This document shows positions 1 to 8,617 of a DNA stretch of 64,000 bases, one piece after another; the stretch's first letter is position 1, and every line of letters starts with the position of its first letter. Under the pieces are notes generated by a model. That model had not been told where the DNA came from. It searched no databases and was given only the letters and a program-made list of their open reading frames with translations. The position numbers and the translations under genes were made by a program. Origin of the DNA: Bacilli bacterium. Its GTDB lineage: Bacteria > Bacillota_I > Bacilli_A > RF39 > UBA660. The stretch covers positions 30,002-94,001 of the forward strand of contig JAGARQ010000029.1 in assembly GCA_017622175.1 (NCBI GenBank), given 5' to 3'.

Positions 1-393
1 TATAATTCCTTCTTTTATTTTATAAGTAGATCCATTTTTTAATGATGTTGATAGTGCAAAATTTTGAATATTTCCTTCTTCTAAATCAAGTAGTTCTTTT
101 TGTATTCTTTTATTTACAACCTTTAATAATTTGTTTACTTCTTTTGTATCATAATCTAATAATTCTATTTCACCTCTTTGATTTTTTGTTATTTCAAATA
201 AATCATCTGCTAAGTTTGTCTCTATCGTCTCATGAATTGAATAATTTACTATATTACTAGCTAATCGTTTGGACTCATCATTTATATATGAATAAAGTTT
301 TAAATTTAATTTTTTCCCCATTCTGTCTACTAGTATTAACGATGAGATTAATGCAAAAATTAATATTATTATTAGTTTTTTTATATTAGTCAT
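1..393 (-). CDS. YunB-like sporulation membrane protein, N-terminal part (ORF runs off the left edge)
   Basis: Not in the ORF track. Hand translation of the minus strand from ATG at 393 gives MTNIKKLIIILIFALISSLILVDRMGKKLNLKLYSYINDESKRLASNIVNYSIHETIETNLADDLFEITKNQRGEIELLDYDTKEVNKLLKVVNKRIQKELLDLEEGNIQNF..., open to position 1 (131 codons). One N-terminal TM helix followed by a pattern I recall from YunB. Lies next to ylmC-like/sigG. The start overlaps the upstream stop by 8 nt. Confidence 0.45.
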   Translation of the reverse strand, partial: MTNIKKLIIILIFALISSLILVDRMGKKLNLKLYSYINDESKRLASNIVNYSIHETIETNLADDLFEITKNQRGEIELLDYDTKEVNKLLKVVNKRIQKELLDLEEGNIQNFALSTSLKNGSTYKIKEGII

Positions 394-619
394 ATTGTGA
401 TGTTTTAACAAGAATTACATCTTCTCCAATTTTTGTTATATCTTTCCAAGGTATTTTAGTGTCAGATTCTTTGGTCAAAGAAAAAAAATTTTTGTTGTGT
501 TCTAAAACTAATGATTCAATAGTACCGTTTTCATGAATATTAATATCTATAATATTACCAATGTTTTTCCCGTCATCAATATTTATTATTTTTTTTGATT
601 GTAATTCAGATAATCTCAT
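386..619 (-). CDS. YlmC/YmxH-family PRC-barrel sporulation protein
   Basis: 77 aa. MRLSELQSKKIINIDDGKNIGNIIDINIHENGTIESLVL fits the YlmC/YmxH N-terminal pattern. Sits downstream of sigG, as in the B. subtilis sigE-sigG-ylm region. Confidence 0.75.
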   Translation of the reverse strand: MRLSELQSKKIINIDDGKNIGNIIDINIHENGTIESLVLEHNKNFFSLTKESDTKIPWKDITKIGEDVILVKTSQYD

Positions 620-654
620 ATTATCACCTACTATTTTATTATATTGTTAGTTGG

Positions 655-1434
655 TTATTTTAGAACTTTTTTTAATTGTTTTATAGCTCCTTTTTCAAGT
701 CTTGATACTTGAGCTTGACTAATATTAAGTTCTTTTGCTATTTCCATTTGTGTTTTACCAATTATAAATCTTTCGTCAAGAATATATTGCTCTCGTTCAT
801 TCAATTCATTAATTGCTGCTGTCACTGCTAATTTTGTTGATAGTTCATTTGATGATGAACTTTTGTCCTCTATTTGGTCATATAAATAAATGGTATCTCC
901 ACCATCATTATATATTGGTTCAAACATACTTATTGGTTCTCTTAATGATTCTAATGCATTTACAATTTCATATGAAGTTACATTTAATTTTTCAGCAAGT
1001 TCTTCTGTTGTAAGTTCTGAACCTGTTTTTTGGTGATGCTCTTCATTTAATTTCATCGTTTTGTACGCTAGATCTTTTAAAGAACGACTTACTCTTATAC
1101 TACTAGTATTATCTCTCACATATCTTTTAACCTCTCCAAGAATCATTGGAACTGCATAAGTAGAAAATTTCACTTCATGAGATAAATCAAAATTATCAAT
1201 TGCTTTTAGTAAACCAATACAACCAATTTGAAACAAATCGTCCATATTATCAAATCTATTAACAAATTTCTTTAAAATTGAAAGTACTAATTTTAGATTT
1301 CCTTCAACCAATAAATCTCTTGCAAATTGGTCACCTGTGTGCATTTTTTTAAATAACTCATTCATTTCTTCTTGTGATAGAACAACAATATCATTTGTAT
1401 TTATACCACTTATTTCTACTTTGTATTTTGCCAT
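655..1434 (-). CDS. sigG: Sporulation sigma factor SigG (forespore sigma-70 family)
   Basis: 259 aa, colinear with B. subtilis SigG as recalled. Shared blocks: KVEISG..T, FDLSHEVKFSTYAVPMILGEVKRYVRDN, IRVSRSLKD, FEPIYNDGGDTIY, GKTQMEIAKELNISQAQVSRLEKGAIKQL. RBS AAGGGAGA lies upstream of the ATG. Confidence 0.85.
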   Translation of the reverse strand: MAKYKVEISGINTNDIVVLSQEEMNELFKKMHTGDQFARDLLVEGNLKLVLSILKKFVNRFDNMDDLFQIGCIGLLKAIDNFDLSHEVKFSTYAVPMILGEVKRYVRDNTSSIRVSRSLKDLAYKTMKLNEEHHQKTGSELTTEELAEKLNVTSYEIVNALESLREPISMFEPIYNDGGDTIYLYDQIEDKSSSSNELSTKLAVTAAINELNEREQYILDERFIIGKTQMEIAKELNISQAQVSRLEKGAIKQLKKVLK

Positions 1435-1454
1435 AAAAAATCTCCCTTCATATC

Positions 1455-1484
1455 AATAATGATTGAAGAGAGAATTTTTTATTC
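1455..1484 (-). promoter_or_regulatory. Candidate forespore (sigma-F/sigma-G type) promoter of sigG
   Basis: Minus strand reads GAATA-18 nt-CATTATT about 20 nt upstream of the sigG RBS. This resembles the recalled sigma-G/F consensus (G.ATA -35, CA..TA -10). Imperfect match. Confidence 0.3.
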
Positions 1485-1490
1485 ATCTAA

Positions 1491-2312
1491 TTATTTATTG
1501 TAATTTTCTAAAAAAGAGATTTTATTACCATTTTTTTTCGTAGCTAGTACAGTATCTATATTTACATTTTCACTTGATTTGAAAATGTTATATGCAACAT
1601 TTTTATTTTTCTTCTCAAGTTCCTTTATTAGAAGTTTAATTTCTAATCTCTTTGAATCTTTTAAACTATCTTTTTCAGTAAACTTACAGGCACAATTTAT
1701 AAACTCTAAATTATTATATTTTTTCCATGCAATAATAGCATCTTCTCTTACAAGATATAGAGGTCTAATTAATTCCATGCCTTCAAAGTTAGTACTTTTT
1801 AATTTTGGCATCATGCCCTTGTATTCTCCACCATAAAGAATAGAAAGTAGTATTGTTTCTACAACATCATCAAAATGGTGTCCTAATGCAATTTTATTGC
1901 AGCCTAAGTTTTTTGCCTTATCATATAGAAATCCTCGACGCATTCTTGCACATAAATAACATGGTGAGTCGCTTGCATGTTTATTAACCACATCAAATAT
2001 ATCAGAATTAAATACTTGAATATCTATTCCTAATATTTTGGCATTTTCTAATATTTTATTTAAATTGTTGTCGTTATATCCTGGATTCATTACAATATAT
2101 ACTAATTCGAATTTTACTTTTCCATGTTTTTTTATTTCTTCCAAGCATTTTGCTAAAAGAACAGAATCTTTTCCGCCAGAAATACAAACTGCTATTTTAT
2201 CGTTTTCTTCGATTAGTTCATAGTCACGAATAGCTTTTGTAAATGGTCTCCATATTTCTTTGCGAAATTTTGTGATTATGCTTCTTTCGATTTGATGTTG
2301 CCTTTCTAACAT
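1491..2312 (-). CDS. ttcA: TtcA-family PP-loop ATPase (tRNA 2-thiocytidine biosynthesis type)
   Basis: 273 aa. PP-loop CISGGKDS, then CYLCARMRRG and ALGHHFDDVVETILL, typical of the TtcA/TilS-like PP-loop superfamily. Confidence 0.65.
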   Translation of the reverse strand: MLERQHQIERSIITKFRKEIWRPFTKAIRDYELIEENDKIAVCISGGKDSVLLAKCLEEIKKHGKVKFELVYIVMNPGYNDNNLNKILENAKILGIDIQVFNSDIFDVVNKHASDSPCYLCARMRRGFLYDKAKNLGCNKIALGHHFDDVVETILLSILYGGEYKGMMPKLKSTNFEGMELIRPLYLVREDAIIAWKKYNNLEFINCACKFTEKDSLKDSKRLEIKLLIKELEKKNKNVAYNIFKSSENVNIDTVLATKKNGNKISFLENYNK

Positions 2313-2327
2313 ATACTTCCTTCTTTC

Positions 2328-2837
2328 TTATTGTTCTAGAAAATCTGCTCCTTTATGTGGTTCTTCTTTTAGTAAATCATTATAGTCTTGTTGACGTAGA
2401 GCTTCATATATTACTATTGCTACACTATTTGATACATTTAGTGCTCTTACCTTATCGGTCATAGGAATACGCATACAATGTTCTAAATCGTTTTGAAGTA
2501 TTTCTTTTGGAATTCCTGTCGATTCCTTGCCAAATATAAAGTATAAATTTTTCTTTTCTTTATTACTATAGTCAAAACTTGTATGTGGCTTATGACCATA
2601 TCTTGTGAAATAATAGTAAACACCTGGATTTTTTGTTTTAAAATCTTCAAAGTTTTCATATACTTCGTAGTTTAACTTGTCAATATAGTTGACACCACTT
2701 CTTTTTAAATGAGCATCATCTATTTGAAAACCAAGTGGTTTAATTAAGTGCAACTTGGTATCTGTTGCTACGCATGTTCTCATAATATTCCCTGTATTTT
2801 GTGGAATTTCTGGTTGATATAAAACAATATTATTCAT
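2328..2837 (-). CDS. trmL: tRNA (cytidine/uridine-2'-O)-methyltransferase TrmL (SpoU/TrmH family)
   Basis: 169 aa. N-terminus IVLYQPEIPQNTGNIMRTCVATDTKLHLIKPLGF and C-terminal RIPM...RALNVSNSVAIVIYEALRQ are the TrmL/SPOUT knot motifs. Confidence 0.8.
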   Translation of the reverse strand: MNNIVLYQPEIPQNTGNIMRTCVATDTKLHLIKPLGFQIDDAHLKRSGVNYIDKLNYEVYENFEDFKTKNPGVYYYFTRYGHKPHTSFDYSNKEKKNLYFIFGKESTGIPKEILQNDLEHCMRIPMTDKVRALNVSNSVAIVIYEALRQQDYNDLLKEEPHKGADFLEQ

Positions 2838-2861
2838 ATTTCCTCCTAATTTAAAAGGAGA

Positions 2862-3383
2862 TTACTCTCCTATTTTATGTAATTCCATAAATTGTTTTGT
2901 TTTAGTAATTGTTAGTTTTTCATTTTCTTTTCCTTGAAGAAGATGAGTTACTTTTCCGTCTTCAAATATTACTAGAGCAGGATATGTGCTTTTTAGCTTT
3001 AAACTAGTTGTATATTTACTGTTAAATCCTTCTGGAAAGTTAGAAGCTTCTTCTTCTGTTAAATTTAAATAAACAATTACTTCTTGAAGTTCCTCACGAA
3101 CAACATATTTTTTTAGATTTTTTTCATATTTACGACATGTTTCGTTACTTGCTGTACAAATGTACATCATAATTGTTGGATTTTCAGAAATGTAATGCTC
3201 TAATTCTTCACTTGTTATTTCTGACAAAGTACCTCTTATTACTGGGATTTGACGTTTACTGTCTTCATAAACTGTATATACGTTACATAAATAAAATGTT
3301 ATAACTATTGATACTGTAAAAATAAGGGCCAATATTAAATAGTTTTTAATTCCTACTTTTCTTTCTGTTTCTTGTTTCTTCAT
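2862..3383 (-). CDS. Membrane-anchored thioredoxin-fold-like protein (no CXXC)
   Basis: One N-terminal TM (YLILALIFTVSIVITFYL), then an alpha/beta region ending PALVIFEDGKV, like thioredoxin-fold accessory proteins. No CXXC motif. Start moved to ATG at 3383 (MKKQETERK), which is preceded by TAAGGAG at 9 nt. Confidence 0.35.
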   Translation of the reverse strand: MKKQETERKVGIKNYLILALIFTVSIVITFYLCNVYTVYEDSKRQIPVIRGTLSEITSEELEHYISENPTIMMYICTASNETCRKYEKNLKKYVVREELQEVIVYLNLTEEEASNFPEGFNSKYTTSLKLKSTYPALVIFEDGKVTHLLQGKENEKLTITKTKQFMELHKIGE

Positions 3384-3449
3384 AATAAACAACTCCTTAT
3401 CTATCAATATTTTAACACAAATATTATTTTTTTAATACTATAAAGTTAA

Positions 3450-5627
3450 TTATAAATATTGATTTACAATATTTATAATTTCAGTTGCACTCTCGTCAAA
3501 AAAGTTAAAACGAATATTTGCTTTTCTTGTTGATATTATATTGTCGTCAATTATTTTAGTTTCGTAATTTAATATGTGAGTATTTACACCATCATAATAT
3601 ACTGGGAATTTTCTTTCTTTAAAGTCTATTAGATATGTGTCATATTCATTTTCATTTAGGGATAAAATATTTCCTTTTATGATCATATTTTCTACTCTTC
3701 CATAAACAACAACTTCTATATTTGGGTTATATTTAAATGTTTCGTAGTATTTTAAAATTATGTTATTAATTTCGTAATCAGTCAGTTCAACAGATAACGT
3801 TTTTACAGAGATATTTAATTTTTCCAAAAAATATAGTGTATAAATATTTGCAATGTTCATTGGATAATCTGCTACATAATCATTTTCTGTATTTGGAATG
3901 TAATAATCTGAAATTAAGTTTTGGGATTGTTCTAATTCAGATGGTTTTCTAGAACATCTAGGCAATTTATAATATATTTTTTTGTTACTAGAGTACTTAT
4001 TATATAATTCTAAACTTTCTACGTATATTCTTTTTAAATTTAAATCAAGACATGTTTTTAATTGTTCTTCATTATAAACTTGGGCTGTAATACCATATTC
4101 TTCATTATGATTGTTATTATAATCAAAATTTACTTCTTGCTTCTTGAATTCTACTTTTTTATTACTTCTTTTTTCTATTAGTCGTTCCACTAGATTTCTT
4201 CTTAATTCATTTAATTCTTTTATAGAAATAAATATTTCTTCATCATTTGCAATATTGAAATTGTGTAGTTTAAATGGTGTGTTACCTAATTTTTCAAGTT
4301 GTTCTTTAATTCTATCAGATGATACTGGTGAACTTATTGATTTTTGTACTTCGTTTCCATATGCTGTTATTGTATTTTCTTCATCTTTTATTGTTATAAC
4401 TAATGGTTGACCAATTTTGGCAGTAACTTCAAACGATATTGCTATTTTCCTCTCTGGAATTATACTTAAACTATTCATTAATTTATAGTCTTGTGTTTTG
4501 CAGACAACATCTAACTCAGTTAAATTTACTTTATTATCTACATAACAAATGTCATCTGCACTATTAATTAAGTTGTCTTTTGTATCATACAAGAAATTTA
4601 CAATAAATCCCTTTCCACTCTTTAAGAAACGTATTCCATCTTGTTGGTTTAGCGGCTTATCTAGTTTAATTTTTATTTTTGTTGGAGTTATTTCAATTAC
4701 TTTTCCAATTTCTAAACCTATATGATTTGGTGTTTTGGAATTCATTAATTCAGATGGAGATGCATTAAATAAATTGCCACAAGTAAATTCTCTATTGAAA
4801 ATGGTTTTTAATTTATTGGTTTCTTCGTCTAGGTTCTTCATGTTATTGTCAATTAAGTTTCTATAATATCTTGTAATAAATCCTACATATTCAGGGCTTT
4901 TCATTCTACCTTCAATTTTAAAACTTGTAATGTCACTTGCTAGTAACTCTTTCATTTTTATAGAGGAATTTAGTTCCTTTGTGCTAAGCAAATATTTATT
5001 TGACTCAATAATTTTGTTGTTTCTTTCTAAAGAATATGGCAGTCTACAACTTCCAGCGCATTCTCCTCTGTTTCCACTTCTTGTTCCTAACATACTGCTC
5101 ATTAAGCAGCATCCAGAATAACTAATGCATAGTGCTCCGTGTATGAAAACCTCTTTTTCTATCGGAACATCAATACTATTAATTTCTTCTAATGACATTT
5201 CCCTAGAAAAAACTACTCGTTTTACTCCAAGATTATAAAATAGTTTAGCTGTATCTTTGGATGATGTATTGGCTTGTGTTGATGCATGAACTTCTAAATT
5301 TGGATATTTTTGTCGTACTAAACATAACATTCCAAAGTCTTGTATTAATATAGCATCAACATTATTTTTATGTAAGAATTCTACTTGCTCTAAAAATTGT
5401 TCTACTTCATTATCTTTCACAAGTGTATTCATAGTTACATATATTTTTACACCATATAAGTGAGCTAATTTTATTGCCTCCACTATTTCTTCATTGTCAA
5501 AGTTTTTAGCAAATTTTCTGGCTCCAAAACTCTTACTCCCTAAATATATTGCATCAGCTCCATTAAAAATTGCTTGATGTAAACTTTCCATATTCCCCGC
5601 CGGAACTAATAACTCGTGTTTTTTCAT
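3450..5627 (-). CDS. Peptidase U32 family protein (long form)
   Basis: 725 aa. N-terminus ELLVPAGNMESLHQAIFNGADAIYLG, then EVHASTQ, FIHGALCISYSGCCLMS, GNRGECAGSCR, EGRMKSPEYV. These are the canonical U32 motifs. Confidence 0.85.
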   Translation of the reverse strand: MKKHELLVPAGNMESLHQAIFNGADAIYLGSKSFGARKFAKNFDNEEIVEAIKLAHLYGVKIYVTMNTLVKDNEVEQFLEQVEFLHKNNVDAILIQDFGMLCLVRQKYPNLEVHASTQANTSSKDTAKLFYNLGVKRVVFSREMSLEEINSIDVPIEKEVFIHGALCISYSGCCLMSSMLGTRSGNRGECAGSCRLPYSLERNNKIIESNKYLLSTKELNSSIKMKELLASDITSFKIEGRMKSPEYVGFITRYYRNLIDNNMKNLDEETNKLKTIFNREFTCGNLFNASPSELMNSKTPNHIGLEIGKVIEITPTKIKIKLDKPLNQQDGIRFLKSGKGFIVNFLYDTKDNLINSADDICYVDNKVNLTELDVVCKTQDYKLMNSLSIIPERKIAISFEVTAKIGQPLVITIKDEENTITAYGNEVQKSISSPVSSDRIKEQLEKLGNTPFKLHNFNIANDEEIFISIKELNELRRNLVERLIEKRSNKKVEFKKQEVNFDYNNNHNEEYGITAQVYNEEQLKTCLDLNLKRIYVESLELYNKYSSNKKIYYKLPRCSRKPSELEQSQNLISDYYIPNTENDYVADYPMNIANIYTLYFLEKLNISVKTLSVELTDYEINNIILKYYETFKYNPNIEVVVYGRVENMIIKGNILSLNENEYDTYLIDFKERKFPVYYDGVNTHILNYETKIIDDNIISTRKANIRFNFFDESATEIINIVNQYL

Positions 5628-5703
5628 AAGATCACCCCGATTTGTATAATGATTATATCATAATTTACGTTAATAATAAATTATATATATCATATATTTT
5701 ACT

Positions 5704-6054
5704 ATGAAGAATGAGGATTTAATTCAACGACTTAGTTTTGAAAATTATATTTGGATTACTTTTATTATTGTGTCTATTATTGATATCTATGGTGACGAAC
5801 TAATAAAAAAAAGTGTTTATGAAAATGATAAAAACTTAGAAAGTAAAGCTCAGAGTTTATTTTTAGGTGTATCGTTAATTTCTATTTTAGTTTATATTTA
5901 TTTTTTTTATAGAAACTATACTGATTATAAAAATAGTTGTTCAAAATATAATCAAATTAGACTACTTGGTAGTAGTTTAATATTAGTTGGGACATTTTGT
6001 TTATTATACTTTCAACTTTATAATAAAAAATTAGAATTGCCATCTAATATTTAG
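5704..6054 (+). CDS. Small multi-TM membrane protein, paralog A
   Basis: 116 aa. Shares the ENYIWI...YIYFFYRNYTDYKN layout with the next ORF. Function unknown. Confidence 0.5.
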   Translation: MKNEDLIQRLSFENYIWITFIIVSIIDIYGDELIKKSVYENDKNLESKAQSLFLGVSLISILVYIYFFYRNYTDYKNSCSKYNQIRLLGSSLILVGTFCLLYFQLYNKKLELPSNI

Positions 6055-6067
6055 AATAGAATTTAAT

Positions 6068-6442
6068 ATGAATAATGACAATATTTTAAAGTCAATTGAA
6101 ACTGAGAATTTTGTTTGGATTATATATTTATTTATAATTGGAATTTCCTTTGTAGCTAATAGTTTTGAAAAAGACTATTATGTGACCGGAAATGTTGACT
6201 CTAAAAATAAGTATAGAATTATTAATATATTTGCCTTTGCTACAGCATTACTAATTTATTTGTATTTTTTTTATGATAATTATAAAAACATTAAAAATTT
6301 AAACTGTAATAGTTCGAAAGAAAAAATATTTTTTAATAATCTTAATTTTGTTGCTTCCATACTAATTGTTATTGCTGGGACTATTTTTTTGTATATCGCA
6401 TTATACGATAAGAACTTAGATACTGAGATTGCATTCAATTAA
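6068..6442 (+). CDS. Small multi-TM membrane protein, paralog B
   Basis: 124 aa. ENFVWIIYL...IYLYFFYDNYKNIKN parallels the upstream ORF. Tandem duplicate. Confidence 0.5.
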   Translation: MNNDNILKSIETENFVWIIYLFIIGISFVANSFEKDYYVTGNVDSKNKYRIINIFAFATALLIYLYFFYDNYKNIKNLNCNSSKEKIFFNNLNFVASILIVIAGTIFLYIALYDKNLDTEIAFN

Positions 6443-6470
6443 AAAAATATTCCCGAAGGAATATTTTAAT
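6441..6470. terminator. Bidirectional rho-independent terminator between convergent genes
   Basis: 10-bp stem AAAATATTCC (6444-6453) / GGAATATTTT (6458-6467), loop CGAA. An A-run lies on one side and a T-run on the other. It sits between the stop at 6442 (+) and the rubrerythrin stop at 6473 (-). Confidence 0.6.
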
Positions 6471-6472
6471 TA

Positions 6473-7015
6473 TTATTTATAGTTGTCAGCTTGAACTTCC
6501 ATATAGCTTTGTGGATGTGCGCATACTGGACATACATCAAGAGCTTTATCACCTTCATATACGTGACCACAGTTACGACATACCCAGATTTTCTTTCCGT
6601 CTTTTTTAAATACACGATCATCTTTAATATTTTGTAATAAAGTTCTATATCTATTTTCGTGTTCTTTTTCGATTTCTCCAACCATTTCAAATAATTTAGC
6701 TAAACGAGTAAATCCTTCTTCTTTTGCTGTTTCAGCAAATTCTTTATACATTTCTGTCCATTCGTAGTTTTCACCCATTGCAGCATCAAGTAGGTTTTCT
6801 TCTGTTGATGGTACTGATCCACCATGTAATTCTTTAAACCATATTTTTGCATGTTCTTTTTCATTATTTGCTGTTTCTTCGAAAATAGCAGCTAATTGTT
6901 CATAACCATCTTTTTTTGCTTTACTTGCATAGTATGTATATTTATTTCTTGCTTGTGATTCTCCTGCAAATGCAGTCATTAAGTTTTGTTCTGTTTTACT
7001 TCCTTTTAGTTCCAT
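6473..7015 (-). CDS. rbr: Rubrerythrin
   Basis: 180 aa. [30 protein letters not shown] ferritin-like diiron domain with EKEH repeats, plus a C-terminal rubredoxin-like CRNCG...CPVC. Confidence 0.9.
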   Translation of the reverse strand: MELKGSKTEQNLMTAFAGESQARNKYTYYASKAKKDGYEQLAAIFEETANNEKEHAKIWFKELHGGSVPSTEENLLDAAMGENYEWTEMYKEFAETAKEEGFTRLAKLFEMVGEIEKEHENRYRTLLQNIKDDRVFKKDGKKIWVCRNCGHVYEGDKALDVCPVCAHPQSYMEVQADNYK

Positions 7016-7069
7016 TTTAGTACCTCTTTTCTTAATTTTATTTATATTAAGGATTTTTTCCTAATATAC

Positions 7070-7486
7070 TTATATTATATCAATATTTTGTGTATTTTTC
7101 TTTTTATTTTTACATTTTGAACAAATTCCTTCTAAAATTAGTAGGGATTTTGTTATAGAAACCGAATTACTTGTTTCTATTTTTTTTATTATGTCATTAT
7201 AATCACCATCAAATATGTCTATTATTCTTCCACAAGAATTACAAATTAAATGATTATGATCTGTCATATTAATATCGTAGTGACAGCCTTCATCTTTAGT
7301 TCCTGGAAGACGTATTATTTTACCTTCCTCAACAAGTTTATTTACATTACGATATATTGTAGCTTGACCAATAGATGGATATTTTTCTTTTGATAATGAA
7401 TATATTTCTTGCATTGTAGGATGGATTCTATTTTGATCAAGTATGTTTAAAATCAACTCTTTTTGCTTTGTATTTCTTGTGTTCAT
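7070..7486 (-). CDS. Fur-family metalloregulator (Fur or PerR)
   Basis: Winged-helix N-terminus (ILDQNRIHPTMQEIY...ATIYRNVNKL), HNHLICNSCGRI and CSKC zinc site. The track start at 7492 is a GTG inside the RBS AAGAGGTG, so the start was moved to ATG at 7486 (MNTRNTKQ). Confidence 0.8.
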   Translation of the reverse strand: MNTRNTKQKELILNILDQNRIHPTMQEIYSLSKEKYPSIGQATIYRNVNKLVEEGKIIRLPGTKDEGCHYDINMTDHNHLICNSCGRIIDIFDGDYNDIIKKIETSNSVSITKSLLILEGICSKCKNKKKNTQNIDII

Positions 7487-7499
7487 ATACACCTCTTAT

Positions 7500-7514
7500 T
7501 GATAATGATTATCA
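7500..7514. promoter_or_regulatory. Perfect 7-1-7 Fur box (TGATAATGATTATCA)
   Basis: Exact palindrome identical to the B. subtilis Fur consensus TGATAATNATTATCA. Located between the -10 element and the RBS of the Fur-family gene. Confidence 0.6.
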
Positions 7515-7519
7515 ATATT

Positions 7520-7547
7520 ATTTTATCATAGTCATTTTATATGTCAA
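7520..7547 (-). promoter_or_regulatory. Sigma-A type promoter of the Fur-family/rubrerythrin unit
   Basis: Minus strand reads TTGACA (7547-7542), 16-nt spacer, TGaTAAAAT (-10 at 7525-7520, with an extended TG). Confidence 0.5.
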
Positions 7548-7759
7548 GATTTTTTTTATTGAATAAAATATTTTAGGTGATGTATTTGAAAAATAAACAT
7601 AATTTCTTTTGTAGGTGTAATTATTGCAAACAAAAAAGAAGAACTAACATCTTTTACATTTATTTAATATTTATTTTTTTAATTATTGTTTCTTATCAGA
7701 TGCTTTTGCTTTTATTCATTACAACTAGATTAAATGCATTTATTTTATTTATAGAATTT

Positions 7760-8617
7760 TTATTTATTATTTTCTTGATTTTCTTTATCATTTTTTAAAA
7801 ATTCACTTGTTAATTCTATGTAATTTAGGTGTTGTCTTGTTTTAATTGTATTAATTAAGTGTGATTTATTAAAGATTATTTTAGGTGGAATAGATAGTAA
7901 TGATTCAAAAAGAAGTTGTTCTTCTTCAGAATATTTGTATTTTCTTTGATAATTTGAAAATAATTTTTTCATATCTAAGTTATTAAATTCTTTTTTATAT
8001 AAATTTATAAAATCATAAATTGGGAGATTTTGTTCTGAGTTATTCCAATTAATTAAGTAATAGTTTTTATCTAATAATAGATTATCTAAAGAAAGGCTGT
8101 TGTGTAATTGAACATAACGGCATTGATTTTTTTTGTTTATTTTTTCGTACCAAGAATCTATCTTAAATTCAGAATAATTTATTGCTTTATAAATATTTGA
8201 AATATTATTTAATAATAGTTGTTCTTCTGGAGATGGAAATTCTTTAGTTTCAAAATAATCTTGTATTTCAAAATAATAGTTTCTTATTGAAGATAAATTT
8301 TCTTTCTGATTTGTATATATTTTTTTAATTTGTAATTTGTTTATTTCTTTGTAGCTTGTTGTTTTATTATGTAGTTCACTCATAATATTTATTAATTCAT
8401 TTGCTCTTTCTTCTTTATCTTGTGTTCTATTTTCAATAAATGGATATAGTTTATAATCCTTTGTTTTCTCTATTGGTTTAAAAAAATTGTTAAAATTTTT
8501 ACTTGAAAGATAATCATATAATTCTTCTTTGGTATTATCGCCCTTTAATTTTATATATTTTTTATTTTCTTTTGTGACAATTTGAATATTGTTTTTATAC
8601 TCTATTTTGTTATTCAT
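7760..8617 (-). CDS. YsxE/CotS-like spore coat kinase-fold protein
   Basis: 285 aa. Overlaps the upstream SpoVID-like gene by 8 nt, the same pairing as B. subtilis spoVID-ysxE. Contains a VQLHNSLSLDNLL stretch resembling the CotS-family catalytic region. The assignment rests largely on position. Confidence 0.45.
   Translation of the reverse strand: MNNKIEYKNNIQIVTKENKKYIKLKGDNTKEELYDYLSSKNFNNFFKPIEKTKDYKLYPFIENRTQDKEERANELINIMSELHNKTTSYKEINKLQIKKIYTNQKENLSSIRNYYFEIQDYFETKEFPSPEEQLLLNNISNIYKAINYSEFKIDSWYEKINKKNQCRYVQLHNSLSLDNLLLDKNYYLINWNNSEQNLPIYDFINLYKKEFNNLDMKKLFSNYQRKYKYSEEEQLLFESLLSIPPKIIFNKSHLINTIKTRQHLNYIELTSEFLKNDKENQENNK

Noticed and set aside
42-260. 72-aa plus-strand ORF at the left edge
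   Set aside because: The translation is leucine/phenylalanine-rich and low complexity, typical of the antisense of AT-rich coding DNA. The minus strand carries a much more protein-like YunB-like ORF across the same bases.
813-5121. Plus-strand ORFs 813-1013, 1579-1836, 2038-2223, 4144-4410 and 4930-5121, lying inside minus-strand genes
   Set aside because: All are antisense to well-supported genes (sigG, ttcA, U32). They have hydrophobic or low-complexity translations and no RBS. The same reasoning applies to the other antisense track ORFs, e.g. 10455-10688, 11141-11374, 17213-17569, 18068-18331, 18897-19283, 19455-19706, 24066-24393, 32649-33120, 36898-37125, 40534-40758, 43737-43934, 47565-47795, 51308-51670, 52265-52597, 53589-53864, 56083-56544 and 60078-61421.
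6466-6690. 74-aa ORF in an alternative frame within rubrerythrin
   Set aside because: It is nested in the strongly supported rbr frame and has no independent signal.
7577-7798. 73-aa plus-strand ORF in the Fur-ysxE intergenic region
   Set aside because: The product is extremely Ile/Phe/Leu-rich from AT-rich intergenic DNA, with no RBS, and it overlaps the 3' end of the ysxE-like gene. A tiny hydrophobic peptide cannot be excluded.
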